Positions 1-13,995 of a DNA stretch of 64,000 nt are shown piece after piece; within the stretch, counting starts at the first letter, position 1; each line of letters starts with the position of its first letter. Under the pieces are notes generated by a model. It made no database searches. It saw nothing but the letters and a program-made list of their open reading frames with translations, and was not told the DNA's origin. Source of the stretch: Vicugna vicugna. Lineage: Eukaryota. Where the stretch lies: the NCBI GenBank assembly GCA_013265495.1, contig MU058531.1, positions 2,108,911-2,172,910 of the forward strand, written 5' to 3'. The translations under genes were made by a program, and so were the position numbers.

Positions 1-1989
1 TGCTATTATGAAACAATGCTATAGTCAATAACTGTTGCTGAAGATTGGAGAGACTTAAATTTCAAGATTAGTCCCAAGCCCTTGACCCTTGTCTCTTTTT
101 TTATACTTCTTCCTAAAAGATTTTCAGCTATCATAACTGTGCGTTTTGTGTTCAGATCTGTATCTTTCACACTAATCTTTTCCCAAATCCAATCCTATGA
201 GGACAGATTGGCTCTTCTCCTTAAATGACCTCTTGTGACTTCACATTGAATATTGCTGAAATCAAACTTGTCTTTTCCTCAGTTTGAAACCCATATTTAT
301 TCCCCAGTTTCTCTATATCTTTGATTCATACAATGTTCCCATCTACTCGATTTATATCCTACATTCTTATGATTACCTTTAATACTTTCTACTTCATAGC
401 CTTGTATCTAGTCCACTGACGAAGTCCAAACAATTTCCATTTTGGCTTTGTTTCCACAGCCTGAATTATTGTCAGTTCCCCTTCATGCCTCGATGGTTAA
501 AGGAGCCTCTTGATTGTTTTCTTTAATGTCTTTTTTTTCTATTAGTCCATCCTTCCAAGTGAATCTTCCTAAAGCAATAATTACTTCAACATCTTACTTC
601 AAGCTTACTATCTCATACTCTGCTTAAATAATTTTTTTCAAAAGCAACACCTAGGTTGGTTAAGTGTTTCATAGCTAACTCAGTAATAGTTAACACACTT
701 AGGTTTGTAGATGATATAACTTGCTTTTCTCTACCAAAAATAGTACATGAAAGAAAAAGGGTTCGAAGGAATTATATGTCATATTCTAGAAATTGCACAT
801 AACCTGTTTGCCAGGTTGATAGTGAGCAGCCTTTCTGGTTGCTCTGTTAATAACCATGGTGAGACAGAATGTTGCAAGACTTCTTTATAAAATGTTGATG
901 ACACCCCAGAAGTCTGGATATAGTCACTGGAATGAATAACAAATCATTTGTCATAAAGGTAGTGGATAAAGATTGAGAACCACTGACTTAAAAAAAAATT
1001 CCATTTCCTTAACCTGACTTGCTATGCAGGGTCCTCCACAATCGTACTTCATTCTACTTTGAGGCCTACTGGGCTGTCTCCTCCAACCTATCCTTATGCT
1101 GTGTAGGTTTTTTTACCTCTGTCCTTTGGCTTATGCCACCCTCCCTGCCTAATACCTGTCCTTCCAGTCCTCTCTCCACTCCTCCTGATAGAAACCCTCC
1201 TTCCAGGCTTAGTTCACCACTTTTCCTCCATGAAATGTACCAGGCAACTCCTGCCCAATGTGATTTCTTCTTTCCTCTACGTTTATGATATTTTTATTTC
1301 TCAAATGGCAGTTAATCCTTTGTTGACCAAGTGCTATTTCTTATATAAGAGACCTGAAAACAGAGAGCAGCTTATACATTATTTAACATACAAATAAATA
1401 CATTATACAGAAGTATATTTTTGCAGATGAGGAAACTAAGACCCTCTGAGACTGAGTGACTACTCTTTAAGACCTAATGGACCATAAGAAGTGGGATGGC
1501 TCTTTTTAAGGAAAGGATTTTAGGCTAGCTGAGTCTTAAAAGAATTTTGATAATTAATGAGACATTTCAACAAGAGCCAATTAACGAATATAGTTTGTAT
1601 CCCCTAAAAAGGGCTACCAGTTGTATTTTGGCATTTTGAAGCATGTTGGTATGATTCATTCAAAAAGCACTGAACTGAGGTCTGTGTAAAATACAAAACA
1701 AATTTAAAGCCCTGATCCCCAGCCTTAAGGAATCTAGTCTAACCTAAGTGAACAGCTGGAGAACAGTTACAAGGTTATGTAAAAAATACGAAGAGAATGC
1801 AGAAGACTACATTAACAGTACTTTAATTCAGTAAAAGTGAAAGATCATTTGAAGTTATGAAAACAGTAAATATTGAACTGCCCCTTGAAGGAAATAATTT
1901 GGATTGGTAGAGAGGAAGAAATGATATGAGCAAAGAGACAAAAAAAATGAACATGTTAATGGTGACAGAAAGGAAGACCTGAAATTATG

Positions 1990-2032
1990 ATAATATACAT
2001 ATGTATATATAATATATATTATATATATATTA
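1990..2032. repeat. (TA)n-like microsatellite
   Basis: atatacatatgtatatataatatatattatatatat. Confidence 0.8.
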
Positions 2033-4831
2033 TGTGTTACCATTTAGAAATAACCTTTACATGTACTGTCTCACTTGAAAGGTTTTTTTAGCACAGAAAT
2101 GAGAGATTAGTTGTGACAATAAGTAGGTACTGTTGTATGATTTAAGAGTGTTAGGAAGACTTTTTACCTTTCTGAGTATATTTTATAGCAATTGTGCCCC
2201 CTATGCCATCAGCAGTATTTAGGGTTTTCTTTTTAACACCTGACTATTTTGTTTTCCTTTTTGTTCTCTGATGACTTTGTTCAAGTAAATCAGGTTAAGG
2301 AATTAGATCACTATTTTCCCATTTACTCCCATTTATTTCTTCATGAACCAGTCTTAGGTTCAATCCCTGTTTGTTGTAAAGAAATTGAATGGACCCTTCC
2401 ACTTAAACTTCTGTTGAAAAGACAACATGATAGTTTTTTTTTTTCCAGCACCAGACTGAACACTTTTCAAGCACTGATGCGTGTAATTCTTGGAGCAATC
2501 TTATGACATAGATAATGTCAATTATTCCTAGTTTACAGACTCAGAGAGCTTACATGTCTAGTTCCACACAGTAAGGAAGAAGCATTAGGACTCTTGTCCC
2601 TAAATCTAGGACTTATTAAGTAAAACCTGGTCCCAAAGACAGCTGGAACATTTTATCCTGGAACAATGGAACCTTAATATCCAGCCTAGTTTCACTTCCA
2701 CATGTAGTATAAAGACAACCCTCATAAGCATTGTCCATTCTTAATTATATTACACTGAATTATCCTTCATTCTGTCAAAGAAAACCTATTATTTCGTCAC
2801 TGTTCCAGCCTCCCATTTAAAAGTAGGGTTCTATAGGCAGTGCTTTAAAAAAATCAAGCCTTAATTAAAACTCTTAGCCTTCCAGCATCAGTGAACTGCA
2901 GGCCTAGCTAAGGAGATCTAGCTTTTAGCTCTTAAGCAGAAAAACAAACAAACCTTTCTCTAAACCTACAATTCCATAGGCCTTTATTTTATATATAACA
3001 GATTCTTAAACAAGACATTCTGTAGTTCCTGAATCTCATCTCGAAACTGAAGTCTTAAAAATAACCTATTTTTAAAGTCTTGGGACAGAAAACCAGAATG
3101 TACATGATTGTACACAACATTTGCTGGTTTTTTATTGACCAAAGTTAAATCAGCCCCGTTGCTTAATTCAGATGTCATTTATTACCCTTCAGTCTGACTG
3201 TAGTAGCAGGTGGTGTAACATTACAGATGTTACATTACACTAGTTCCTTAATATTTATATTTACACACTTGCTGATTTATTATCTCTCACCTCCAAAAGA
3301 CATCTTATTAGCTCACCATTTAACTCCCAACACCTAGGCCTGTATGTGCCACATAATCAGTATTTAGTTGAATGAATGCATGCAAGTACATGTGTATGGT
3401 CATCCTCAGCTTGAGCACAAAGCATTTCTCTCCACTTTAGCTGCAACAGGGGCCTTTAAAACCCTAAGTTCCAAAAAGAAAACATAACCCAATAAAGGAA
3501 TTTTTCAGATTTCTGAATTTATTTGCTAACACTTTGAGAGTATTCAAATCACATTTAATCACATTTACAACTTTAAAGTGATCATGTTGTATATAGTAAA
3601 ATGATCCTAAAAAAAAATAAAATGTCATGGGGAAAGCATTAACGGTAAAGACAGTCTCTGGGCTAATCCACTTTTGGCCCCAGTGTGGGATATGTGTTTA
3701 TGAAATATAGTGAACCAGACTGTTTTACTTTAGGGCAGCTCAAAGTGTTCACCCTTCACATGTAAGAGGTGAAGTTACTAAGTTTCTACCTGAAGACACA
3801 GAAGAATATCAGATACCAATATCATGGTTTTTGACCATTTGGAAGAGGCTTAGTCCCCTTGGTAATGATAAATTAGTACAAAACTCCAGGCTGTATCCCT
3901 AGCTGAAATTTTTTAAGCACCCACATACTTTTATAAAATATTTTTACCTGGATAAGTCTGTTGTCTAGAATTTCACTTTGCACTGACCATGCTCAGCTTC
4001 CTTATTTCACTTCTCCTTCAAGTCCACCTAAAAAAATCTACATTTTAATAAAGGGCATCTCATTTTTGAAAAAATCCCACTTACTTTTTCATGAGTTTGC
4101 TTCTTGCCCTCTGGGATCGAAACCAATTGAGAAATAACCCCAAGATCCAGATGAGAGGGGAAAGGTTGTTTAGTTTCATGACTCCATGGGTACGGCACCC
4201 TAGGGTTCCTGGATTAGAAAAAGTGACTGGAACCTACTGTAGCCAAAACTGGGCCCCTATTGCAGTCCCTCAAATCTAGACCTTGGAACTGCATTTTAAG
4301 AGAGTTAGGTCTGTAGATCAGGCATTTAATCAGCTAGAGAAATTACACTCTATCCCAGACACCACTAAGTAAGGAGAAAGAGCCAAAGAGAAGTAAGCTT
4401 TCGGGCCATCTCATGAAGGCCAGTCCTGCCCCTTGGCTGGCTATGCTTACATCCTAGTAGGAAAAGCAGGAAATCATGCTCTGCTGGAAGACACCTGGGA
4501 CCTAGAATTATAGCCCAGTCTAACCAAATTAAGCGAGAGGAATGGAAGCAAGAACCTGAAGTCCTCTCCCCTCTATTGAAATGTAACCAATGTGAGTTTT
4601 AAAGCTTTTATTCCAGTGTAACATAAAACAGCTTGGGAGCTTTTTTCCACCTTGAATGAGAGACATTTCTTATAAATAAATTAGGACTGATAGCTTTCCA
4701 GCTTATTCTTAAAACTTTTAATTTCAATGTTCTTTTGAAATTTAGCATTTCCTCTAAAGTGAATTGTGCTCAAGCATGCAGCCCTTCATTAGATAAGGAA
4801 ATGATTCTAGCAAATCCCATTTGTTTCACAG

Positions 4832-5015
4832 GTTGTAGGCCATAAAGAAGGTCTGGATGTTATGGAGAGAGCTGATCCTTTGTTCCTTTTAATTGGACTT
4901 CCTACCATCCCTGTCATGCTGATATTAGGCAAGATGATTCGCTGGGAAGACTATGTGCTTAGACTATGGCGCAAATATTCAAATAAACTACAAATTTTGA
5001 ACAGTATATTTCCAG
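4832..5015 (+). CDS. MARCHF5: MARCHF5 internal coding exon (exon 4 equivalent, 184 bp)
   Basis: Acceptor tttcacag| and donor |gtaag. Translates VVGHKEGLDVMERADPLFLLIGLPTIPVMLILGKMIRWEDYVLRLWRKYSNKLQILNSIFP(G), the recognised MARCH5 transmembrane region. Confidence 0.97.
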
Positions 5016-5020
5016 GTAAG

Positions 5021-5077
5021 ACCCTGAATTGTGGTTGTAATGAGCATACCCTGAATTGTGGTTGTAATGAGCATACC
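5021..5077 (+). repeat. Perfect 27-bp tandem duplication in a MARCHF5 intron
   Basis: accctgaattgtggttgtaatgagcat x2, plus acc. Confidence 0.95.
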
Positions 5078-5172
5078 AAATTAATAATTGTGTGTGAATC
5101 CTAGCATGCAAAGATATTTTAGTTATTGACTTATGACTTATTAGCGCTATCGCCTTGCATTTTTTTCTCTAG

Positions 5173-5339
5173 GGATTGGCTGTCCTGTTCCTCGAATTCC
5201 AGCTGAGGCTAATCCTTTAGCAGATCATGTCTCTGCCACCCGAATTTTGTGTGGAGCCCTTGTCTTTCCTACTATTGCGACAATAGTTGGTAAACTAATG
5301 TTCAGTAGCGTTAACTCTAATTTACAAAGGACAATCTTG
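5173..5339 (+). CDS. MARCHF5: MARCHF5 penultimate coding exon (167 bp)
   Basis: Acceptor ttctctag| and donor |gtaag. Phase matches the previous exon: (G)IGCPVPRIPAEANPLADHVSATRILCGALVFPTIATIVGKLMFSSVNSNLQRTIL. Confidence 0.97.
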
Positions 5340-5611
5340 GTAAGATGGCTTTAATATTACTTTTTTCAAGTGACTATACAAAAGAGAACAAACTGTTTAT
5401 TTGTTTAAAGAAAAACCCAATGGGACTATATAAAATATTCATTCTGTGGCTCCTGTGCCTTAAGCCTCTGTTTGATCCCCGCTGTCATCCAATAGCGCTA
5501 AGCAGGAGAGGATCCACTGCAGTGGTTCAGCCTGCGGGAACTGTGCCGTGGGTGACTTCCCTCCTGGAATATGCATGAATCATCACACCCACCCCTCTTG
5601 CCAACAAGATT

Positions 5612-5815
5612 ATGGTGAAGAGCTTCTGCTCTGGAGCCACATGGCTTAGTTCAAATCCTGTCACAGACATTGCCTTGCTGAGAAACCTAAATAAAATTTC
5701 TTGACTTCTTTATGTCTGTAGAGTGGAGATAGATGACTCCATGGTAGCTACCTCATGATTATTGTGAGAATTAAATGAGATAATTCATTTGAAGTACTAG
5801 CACATAGTAAGCCCT
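5612..5815 (+). mobile_element. MIR SINE in the last MARCHF5 intron
   Basis: ggtgaagagc...ctctggagcc...ttcaaatcct...gtgagaattaaatgagataat...agcacatagtaagc, typical MIR core. Confidence 0.75.
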
Positions 5816-6126
5816 CTTGTTATTTGATGCCATTATTATTCCCACTTTTCCCTCTGGTGGCAGCCTGCAAATAGTGCCTGGGCATTCTCTCTACTATGAG
5901 AATGGATGTAGAGCTAAGTGGAAAGATTACCCAGAGATACTCAAAAGCATTTCTGACCTCTGTTACCTGTAGTGTGTTCTCTCCCTTTCTCCCTAGTAGA
6001 AAAGAGAACTGTTTCATTTGCAGAATTAGTATCAATGCCTGTGTCTTTTGTGATTTAAGTAAAATGATTTTTGTTATGTTTTTCTAAATCTGCATTATAA
6101 AAAGCTAATTTTTCTTTTTATTTTAG

Positions 6127-6243
6127 GGTGGAATTGCTTTTGTTGCCATTAAAGGAGCATTCAAGGTGTATTTCAAACAGCAGCAATATTTACGTCAGGC
6201 ACATCGCAAAATTCTAAATTATCCAGAGCAAGAAGAAGCATAA
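6127..6243 (+). CDS. MARCHF5: MARCHF5 last coding exon with stop codon
   Basis: Acceptor ttttag|. Translates GGIAFVAIKGAFKVYFKQQQYLRQAHRKILNYPEQEEA, stop TAA at 6241-6243; this is the MARCH5 C-terminus. Confidence 0.97.
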   Translation, partial: GGIAFVAIKGAFKVYFKQQQYLRQAHRKILNYPEQEEA

Positions 6244-6957
6244 AACTGACTTCTCGTTGTTCTGCAGTCCTCTCATCCTTATGAGTCTGTTGTTTTGATT
6301 CCATCATTAATGCCCAGTAGTGGAGACTTGTGATAAGCTGCTGCTCTCGTATTTTTAAGAAATATAATAAAGCACTTAGGGCAGGGGAAACCCTCTCAGT
6401 AATCACGGAGCCTAAGGCTGTGATTGGTTGTCCTTGTTCTGTACGTGCTGCTTTTATGGCAGTCATCTGAACCGTTCGTTATCTTAGCGTGGTGAGCCTG
6501 AGTTTTGTTCTTATTTTCTCCAGACAGAAATGTAAAGATCAAACCGTGCAAATATTTAAAAATGCACATGTTGTTTTATTCAAATGCCTCTTTTGTACAT
6601 GTTCATGTTCAGTGTTTTCTTAGAATCAGCAACTCAATGAAGGTACTATGAGGATTTTTCTCACTGGCATAATTTGATTACAAGCTAAACAGAAATCTAT
6701 GTTAATATGAGGAAATGTAAATTAAATTAGTTATAAATAAATAACAAACCAAAAATGTATGTAAACATTCAAATGATTATCTGAACAAATGCAATTTTGT
6801 TGTGTTTTTCTTAACCCATGTGATGTCCTCCAAAATGTGTAGGGTAAAAATTCACAGGGCTTCCAGATCACTTTTTCACTATTAAATTTTATTTATATAA
6901 TGTTGACATCTCATAATTCATAATGTGATTTTGACTCATGCAGTCTTAATTACTGTC

Positions 6958-6996
6958 TGTGTGTGGGGTATATGTGTGTGTGAGAGAGAGAGAGAG
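6958..6996. repeat. (TG)n(AG)n compound microsatellite in the 3'UTR
   Basis: tgtgtgtgtgagagagagagagag. Confidence 0.8.
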
Positions 6997-8364
6997 TCAG
7001 TCATCAGGTCCTTCCATTACTGGAGTAAGGTTTTTAAATTCATGTTTCTAGAAATTAGAGCTGCCAGTTTATAGTAGTTTGAGCACAGAGAATGATTTGC
7101 AAAAAATCAATAAAGTTATTTTCCTCTCCTCTCTCATTGATTCAGTTATTCAGGTGTTACTCTCCTACTTGCCCAGGCACTGTGTGGTGCTGTGGGATAC
7201 AGTGGCGAACAAGACAGACTTGGTTCCTGCTTTTATGTAGTTTACAGTCTAGGTTTCAACAAAAAGAAAACCAGCAGTGAGTAAACCAAGGTGAGGCCTT
7301 GAGCTCTTTTGTTTTTATATTAGTCAGTGAAGAGATAATTATGAAAACGAAGAAGTCTTGAGTAAATATTAAGGTCATTGTTTGGGGCTTGTCAGTTTAA
7401 GAAAAAAATAATACTAATGCTTAAAATTTTAATTGCTTGTCATATTGAGGCTAGCACCTTAATAATCACTGTTAAACTAGTCTTACATTCATTTTTCAAA
7501 AGCAGTTATCTGAAGATGTTTTCAGTAGTGGCCCTTTTAACGTTCAGCAATCTGAATGATCTTGCAGTTCTTTTCATGAATTAATATTAAATTTTTTAAA
7601 GATAGCTCCAAAAATCCTATTTATTTTCTTGTTCACAGTATCTAATGCATGACAATATAAACATTTTTCCCTTACTGATAAATGGCCACTTCTCTTTAGG
7701 AGTATCAAGCTATGTTAGATTGCAATAATGTATGTTAACTTTAGTAATTTAAGACTGGTACCTTTCTGTAGTATGAATGTCTTAACTGAGTTTTAACATG
7801 AAGTTTCTATGAATGGCTAGTGAACATTCAAAGTTGTAATTCTTTGGGGAGGAAGGGCATGTGTGATGGACAGTGAGCCTTATTGACAACACTGCTACGG
7901 TTCTGAAGGGGAAATATAAAATCTATGATTGTATATAAAAATAACTTAGATTAGATAGCTGTAATTATAAGATAAGTTGGCTTTTCTTTAATTGTCAATG
8001 TGAAAAAACATGTTAGATATTTCCTGAATAACTTTGTTATATAGAACAGCTTCTGGCAGCCTTTACTGAAGTTACACAAGCACACAGTTCCCCGTTTACT
8101 ACTTTTTGCCCCAAATAGGGAGGTAGCTGCTTGGGCTGATTTGCATCAGGGCTTGTGAGGGCCAGAGAAACAACTCAAATCCTGAAGGGGCAAGGAGGGG
8201 GAGTGTCTAGGGCTGTGGGGAGGGAATGTGCGTGCCTGGGGACCAGAGTGGCCTCAGCCCTGGAACTGAACACTTGAATCTTAAGATCCTTAGCTCAAGA
8301 AGCACCATGCACCAGTCTCTTCAGAAAGTGGCCCGCACCACCTTGAAGCAACAAAAGCACGGGC

Positions 8365-8520
8365 TGACTGAAGTTGCTGGACCTGGGTTCGAATGCTAAT
8401 TCTGCTTTAGTAACTGTACTTAGGACTTCGGCCAAGTGACTCAGCTACAGTTCTCTTCACCTCTGAAATACAAGTAGTCCTTATCTCAGAAGGCTATTTC
8501 TAGGATTAACTGAGAAATTA
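8365..8520 (+). mobile_element. MIR fragment in the 3'UTR
   Basis: gacctgggttcgaatgctaattctgc...ggccaagtgactc...aggattaactgaga. Confidence 0.6.
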
Positions 8521-8987
8521 AAGGAACAGAGGCACTTTAAGCTCAAAATAGCCCCTACAGAGCAGTAGTTTCTTAATTGTTAAAGTCTCTTCAGACACTA
8601 GGAAAAGGGAATGAGGAGGTAAAAGAGTCATTAGGAGACAGATCAAAGGGATGCTGTAGACTTTTGGGATGGGTGAGTATATTTTGTGTTTTCTAGTTTA
8701 TTTTCATGTTGCTTTCCTGTGTTATTTCTATGAAATTTATTAATGTTTTAAACCTCTTTTATAAAATTCAATGACAACTAGTAGAATTCTCTTCTTTGCA
8801 GAATTTAACTTATCTCCAAAGTGGCTGAAACTATTGTTCATCATTACATGATTATCAAATGACTGTGAAGAATATAAATTAAACTAAGTGACTTAATTGG
8901 TCACTGCCTTGCTAACTGTGCTGTAATTTTTTTAAACGTCTTGTTTTTAATATAGCAGACTATCTCGACACTGGCTGGTTTAGGTTA

Positions 8988-8993
8988 AATAAA
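8988..8993 (+). terminator. Likely distal polyadenylation signal of MARCHF5
   Basis: AATAAA with a downstream U/GU-rich element. Confidence 0.6.
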
Positions 8994-10477
8994 GAATTTT
9001 TATGTTCTCTAGGTGTACTTTGTCTGTTGAACAACTTCCAAAACATAATTTGTTTATATCTACATAATTCTTTTTCAAATCATAGTAACTGAGATATTAG
9101 TGAGATTTTGTCTTAGTAAAAATACGAATTCTTTTTTAAACTACAGAAGAATTTGTCTTTATTCTGTAAGCAGGCTAGACTAAATTCCAAGTATGTTTTA
9201 ATTTTTAAAATCAATCTCTTTTCATCTACCCTCAGGGCCACTTGGACTATTATTAGACAAAACTTTTGGGTGGTCTCATGTCATGGGGTATCTTAAAGTA
9301 CGTTCAAGTGGATTGGGAGCACACAAAGTAAGTTGCTTCCTCTGAAATACTAAGAACTTAAATTTCTGAAGAAGATTATAATCTTCTACATTAGTACATC
9401 AATTAAAGGCCCTTCCATCCATGGGGATTGTATTGTATCTGGGTCATCTGAGATACAGACCAGCAGAGGAGAAACAGCAGAGTCAGACAGCCCTGGATGC
9501 ATAAGCTAGCAGATGTTTAATTAGTTGTAGGGCAAGTTACTTTATCTTTCAGATAGACTCTCAGTTTCCTGATGAAGAAGGAATGAAGATTGTAAGATGA
9601 AGATTATAAAACCTACCTCTTGGATTACTGTGAGGATTAAGTGAGGGAGCATTCTGGGACACTTACATAAATCTGTGCCAATGTAGAGGTTCATTTGACC
9701 ATACTCTTTCTTTGGTCCCCTGGGACCTCAAGGTTGCCTCTTCTCTGCTACCTGCCCCCGTACACTCATTAGAAGTAGGAGAGTGTTGAAACGTCTTGCT
9801 TAATTGCCTTCCTGGAACAAAGATCCTGAGCAAAAGGAAAAGAAAGGTTTGCAGCTGAATGACTGTAGAAGGCTTGTGCCAGAAACAGGATAGGCTGTTC
9901 TGATTGACACACACACACCCCCCACCGTGGACTTATCTTACTGATAACAGCAGCTTGCCAAGCTTACTGTATGTCAACTGGGTATCCTATTTTATCAGAT
10001 ATTTGCTGAGCACCTGTATGAGCCAGGCACTGTGCTAAGTCCTGGGGCAGATGGGAAATAAGCCTGCTTTGAGATGTTTAGAATCTTAAAAGTACACAAC
10101 AGATCTTACTTAAACTTATTATGATATTACCAACATAAGAATGGAAGATAGAAGGATGTGGGGTTTTTTTCCCACTTTTGTTTACTGCTATACTCCGTAA
10201 ATTAACAGTATTCATGGGCCACTGTAGAATACTTCGAACCTGGAATACTAGATGTGCCCTACTTAAATATGGGCTGTCTCTAGTTTAAAATTAGCAAGAA
10301 ACAATCCATAACAGGGACTGAAGTAATATATTCATGATCTTTTAATAATACACATTTAGTGTGCTCTTATGTATTAGTGTATTTATCAATTCAGATAATT
10401 GTACACCAAAAATAAGACATGTTGAGTGCAACAATCTTTATAAATCTTGATAAATTTTTACAAAATGATCACATGTA

Positions 10478-11030
10478 ATGTATCAGGGTCGTCTGGAAAT
10501 AGAAATCACACCAGTTATTTGAACAGGGAAAATGTAATATACGGAATTGTTAGCTGATAGGAAGTAAGTACTCAAAGGAGTAAAAGAGGACTAAAGGAAA
10601 GTAGCATGGGCAAAAAAACAAAATGAAAACCAGACACTACCTCTAGGCTGGAGGAGGGTAGACGACAGGTGAGGACTAAGGGAAGGCCTCTTCCCTGCCT
10701 CAAGGCTGAGGTTCAGACCTCTTTGAAGAGGGTGTGATTGAGCGGCAGGGGTGGGAACTTGCCAGAGAGCTGGCTGGAGCTGGTCTGTAGAAGCTGCACT
10801 GTGAGGAGGGGGCAACCTGACTTGTGCACAGGGTCCTGGGCTCCTGCTGAAAGGTTATAGTAGAGGCTGGAACCTGGGAGGAAAGTGTCTCCCTGACAGT
10901 AGCCTTGTAGTGTCATTCCCATGCTCTGTTGGAAAAGCCTAATGTTCCAAAGGAAAAATGTTTACAGGGTCCAATTCCATGTCACAGAATTGGGCAAAGA
11001 AGAGTGAATCTGGAACCAAGAAACAAAGTT
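10478..11030. mobile_element. Old LTR (ERVL/MaLR-like)
   Basis: Starts tgtatcagggtc...gaaatagaaatcacac, which resembles old ERVL/MaLR LTR ends; subfamily not determined. Confidence 0.45.
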
Positions 11031-11199
11031 GGTGCATGTAACTAGTTTCCTTCTTGGTGGCTCTTCCTAGTCGATCTCTGACTCTACCTTACCCCACCCC
11101 ACCGCCACCACAAAGAAACATAAGCTTGACCTCTTTTCAGTTAATAACTGATAGTACTTGGCACTTAATTCACAGAAAGGACAATAAGTGATTTAATAC

Positions 11200-11800
11200 T
11201 ATATCATCCAGGATGCTAAATGGGCCATTTTTATATACTATGGTTGTGACACAAATCAGTATGGAGGACAATTAGTATCTTTCAAAATTACAGATGCATG
11301 TGCCCTTTGGCTTAGCAGTTCTAATTCTAGAAATTTATCTTAAAATATATTTGCACTTCAATACAGCAACAAATCTATGAAGTTATTCCTTACAGCAGAT
11401 ATGTAATAAGAAATCAACGTAAATTGAAATCAACCTAAATGTCTGTCAGTAGGGAATTGGTTAAATAAATTATGGTATATGGAATACTATACAGCTATAA
11501 AAAAGAATGAAAGCTGTTTGTATGCATACTGATATGAAAATATTTTTAATGAATATTGTTAAAAGGTAAAAAAATCAAGATGTAGAACAGTGACTACGTT
11601 ACTACTAGTGGAAAATGGGTGATGGGGGAATCACAAACGTTTCTTTGTGCCTTTTAAAAATCCCTGAAAAGATACCTAAGAAAACTAGTTATCTACAGGA
11701 TTTGGGGAATTGAGGGGTTAGAGGTTGAGAGTACAAGGGAGATTCTTTACTGTTACCTTTTATACATTTTTCTAACTATGTTGATAATATTATTTTTAAA
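11200..11800 (+). mobile_element. Old L1 (L1ME-like) 3' fragment
   Basis: caacctaaatgtctgtcagtagggaattggttaaataaattatggtatat. Confidence 0.7.
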
Positions 11801-12699
11801 ATAACTAAGAATTAAAATTTTCCCACTGAGGATACAGTACTGAAAATCAAATAGAAATTTTTGTTTCTTTTGGAGATGATAACATTTGAACTATATGACA
11901 ATAGTTTCTTCTTCCTAAAGACTGATGTGATTTTTTTTGAGAAGTAATTTTACATCTCCTTCAAGTAGATAGTCAGTAAATGCTTATTGAACTGAATTTG
12001 CTGCCCATAAAATTCATTTTTGATAGAACATTTTACAACTAGTTTTGTCCATGAGTTTACACAGGTGAGTGAATTTTGAGACAAAGCTACCCAGCCCATA
12101 AAAATGGATATTAGAACTTATTAAAGCAGAAAATTAACGTATCCTGCACATTTATTACTCATTCATCATTCATTTGTTGAATAGACGTTACTTGAGAACT
12201 TAGTATCTATCTGATACTATGCTAGGCACAGGAAATTCAGAATTAATAATAATGACTATTGTAATAGCCAGCATTCATTGCAGGCTTAGTATGTGCCAGG
12301 CACTACTCTAGGAAGGAATATTAACTCATTTAATCTTCACAAGGACCCAAATGTACTCTTTTTATACCACACACAAAGTATAATATGTCCCAAATAAGGC
12401 AACTGAGGCACTCTGTTCCCGATTTCGTTTTTTAAGGAAGTTCCCCAGGATTACATTCCTCTGCTCTCTGAGCTCACAGCCTAGTAGAAGAGACAGAAAG
12501 AAAAACATAAATCCCACTGCAAAGTGGAAAGTGCACTGGCAGAAGAGGTACAGAGGTAGCAGGGAGTGGAGCTTCCTAGAGGCAGATCCTAGGAGATGAA
12601 TATGAATTTGACAGGAAGAAAGGGACGTGGAAAGGCACAGTGTCTTAAGGAAAATTCTGAAACAGAAAAGTGATAGTGATACTAGCCTCGTATACTCAT

Positions 12700-13995
12700 A
12701 TTGAAAAGGGGAGACATTTAAAACTGCAGAACTGTAATAAATGGACAAACATTGGAAAGACTACAAGTCCAAAGAGAGACCCAAATACAACGGGGGATTT
12801 TGTGTATGGAAAAGGTAGCATTTATATCAGTGAAAACAAAGATGGATTAATCAGTATGTGGTGTTGGAGTAATGTAGCCATCTGGAAATTCCCTTTACCA
12901 AAATAAAGTCCAGTTGGAACAAAAGATTTAACATGAAAAATTTAAGCATTAAAACACTACAAAAGAGAGAAGATATTTTCAAGGTACATATCTGACAAGA
13001 CTTATATCCAAAATACACAAAGAACTCTTAATACTCAATAAGAAAAAAGGTAAAGATTTGAACATAAAAATAGACCTCATCAACAGAGATGTATAGATGG
13101 CCAAAAAAAAAAAAAAAGCATTTGAAAAGACGCTCGACATCATATATCATTAGGGAACTGCAAATTAAAATAACAAGATACCAACAACTTCCAAATGGCT
13201 AAAATCAAGAAAACTGACAATTACCAAGTGTTGGCAAAATGCAGAGCAAAATAAAAAATAAAGTCTATTAATTTTTTTAAAATTAATACTACATGAAAAC
13301 ATGGAAGAGTTGTATTTTTAATAATTTCACAGCATGGAGTCTTTTTAAGAAATCATAAAAGACTGAAAATTCTAACTTCATTAGGAACTGCATAAAATAA
13401 CTGAGCTAAATGCAAAATGGAAAATGTCACAACTTATATAGAACTAATTTTCTTTACTTATACAAGTCTCTTTAATTCAATACCAAAACCTATTCTTTAA
13501 ATAGCAAAAGATGTGATCAGTTTATTAAAAAATGGCACTGAGATATATAAAAAGATGTTTAGCCTAATTCATAATTTTAAAAAATTCAAATTAAAATTAT
13601 CAGGGTTAATATCCAAAATATATAAACAGCTCATACAACTTAATATCAAACAAACAACCCAATCAAATGGGCAGAAGACCTAAATAGACATTTCTCCAAA
13701 GAAGACATACAGATGGCCAATAGGCACATGAAAAGATGCTCAACATTGCTAATTATTAGAGAAATGCAAATCAAAAACACAGTGACGTATCACCTCACAC
13801 CAGTCAGAATGGCCATTATCAAAAAGCCTACAAATAATAAATGCAGAAGTTGGTGTGGAGAAAATGGAAACTTCCTACACTGTTGGCAGGAATGCAAATT
13901 TATTTACAAAACAGAAAGGGGGTGAGAAGGGATAAATTTGGGAGTATGAGATTCACAAATGTTAACCACTATATATAAAAATAGATTAAAAAAAC
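12700..13995 (+). mobile_element. L1 ORF2 3' fragments: old L1M plus a younger, internally deleted piece at ~13600-13995
   Basis: ORF 13713-13925 [21 protein letters not shown]...[13 protein letters not shown] is the L1 ORF2 C-terminal region. Confidence 0.85.

Larger units (their letters stand above)
6244..9010 (+). other. MARCHF5: MARCHF5 3'UTR (end approximate)
   Basis: AT-rich sequence after the stop. AATAAA at 6736, 7109 and 8988; the last is followed by a GT-rich tract (gtgtactttgtctgtt). Confidence 0.7.

Noticed and set aside
4862..5104. 80-aa ORF as a standalone gene
   Set aside because: It is a MARCHF5 exon read through its donor site into the intron.
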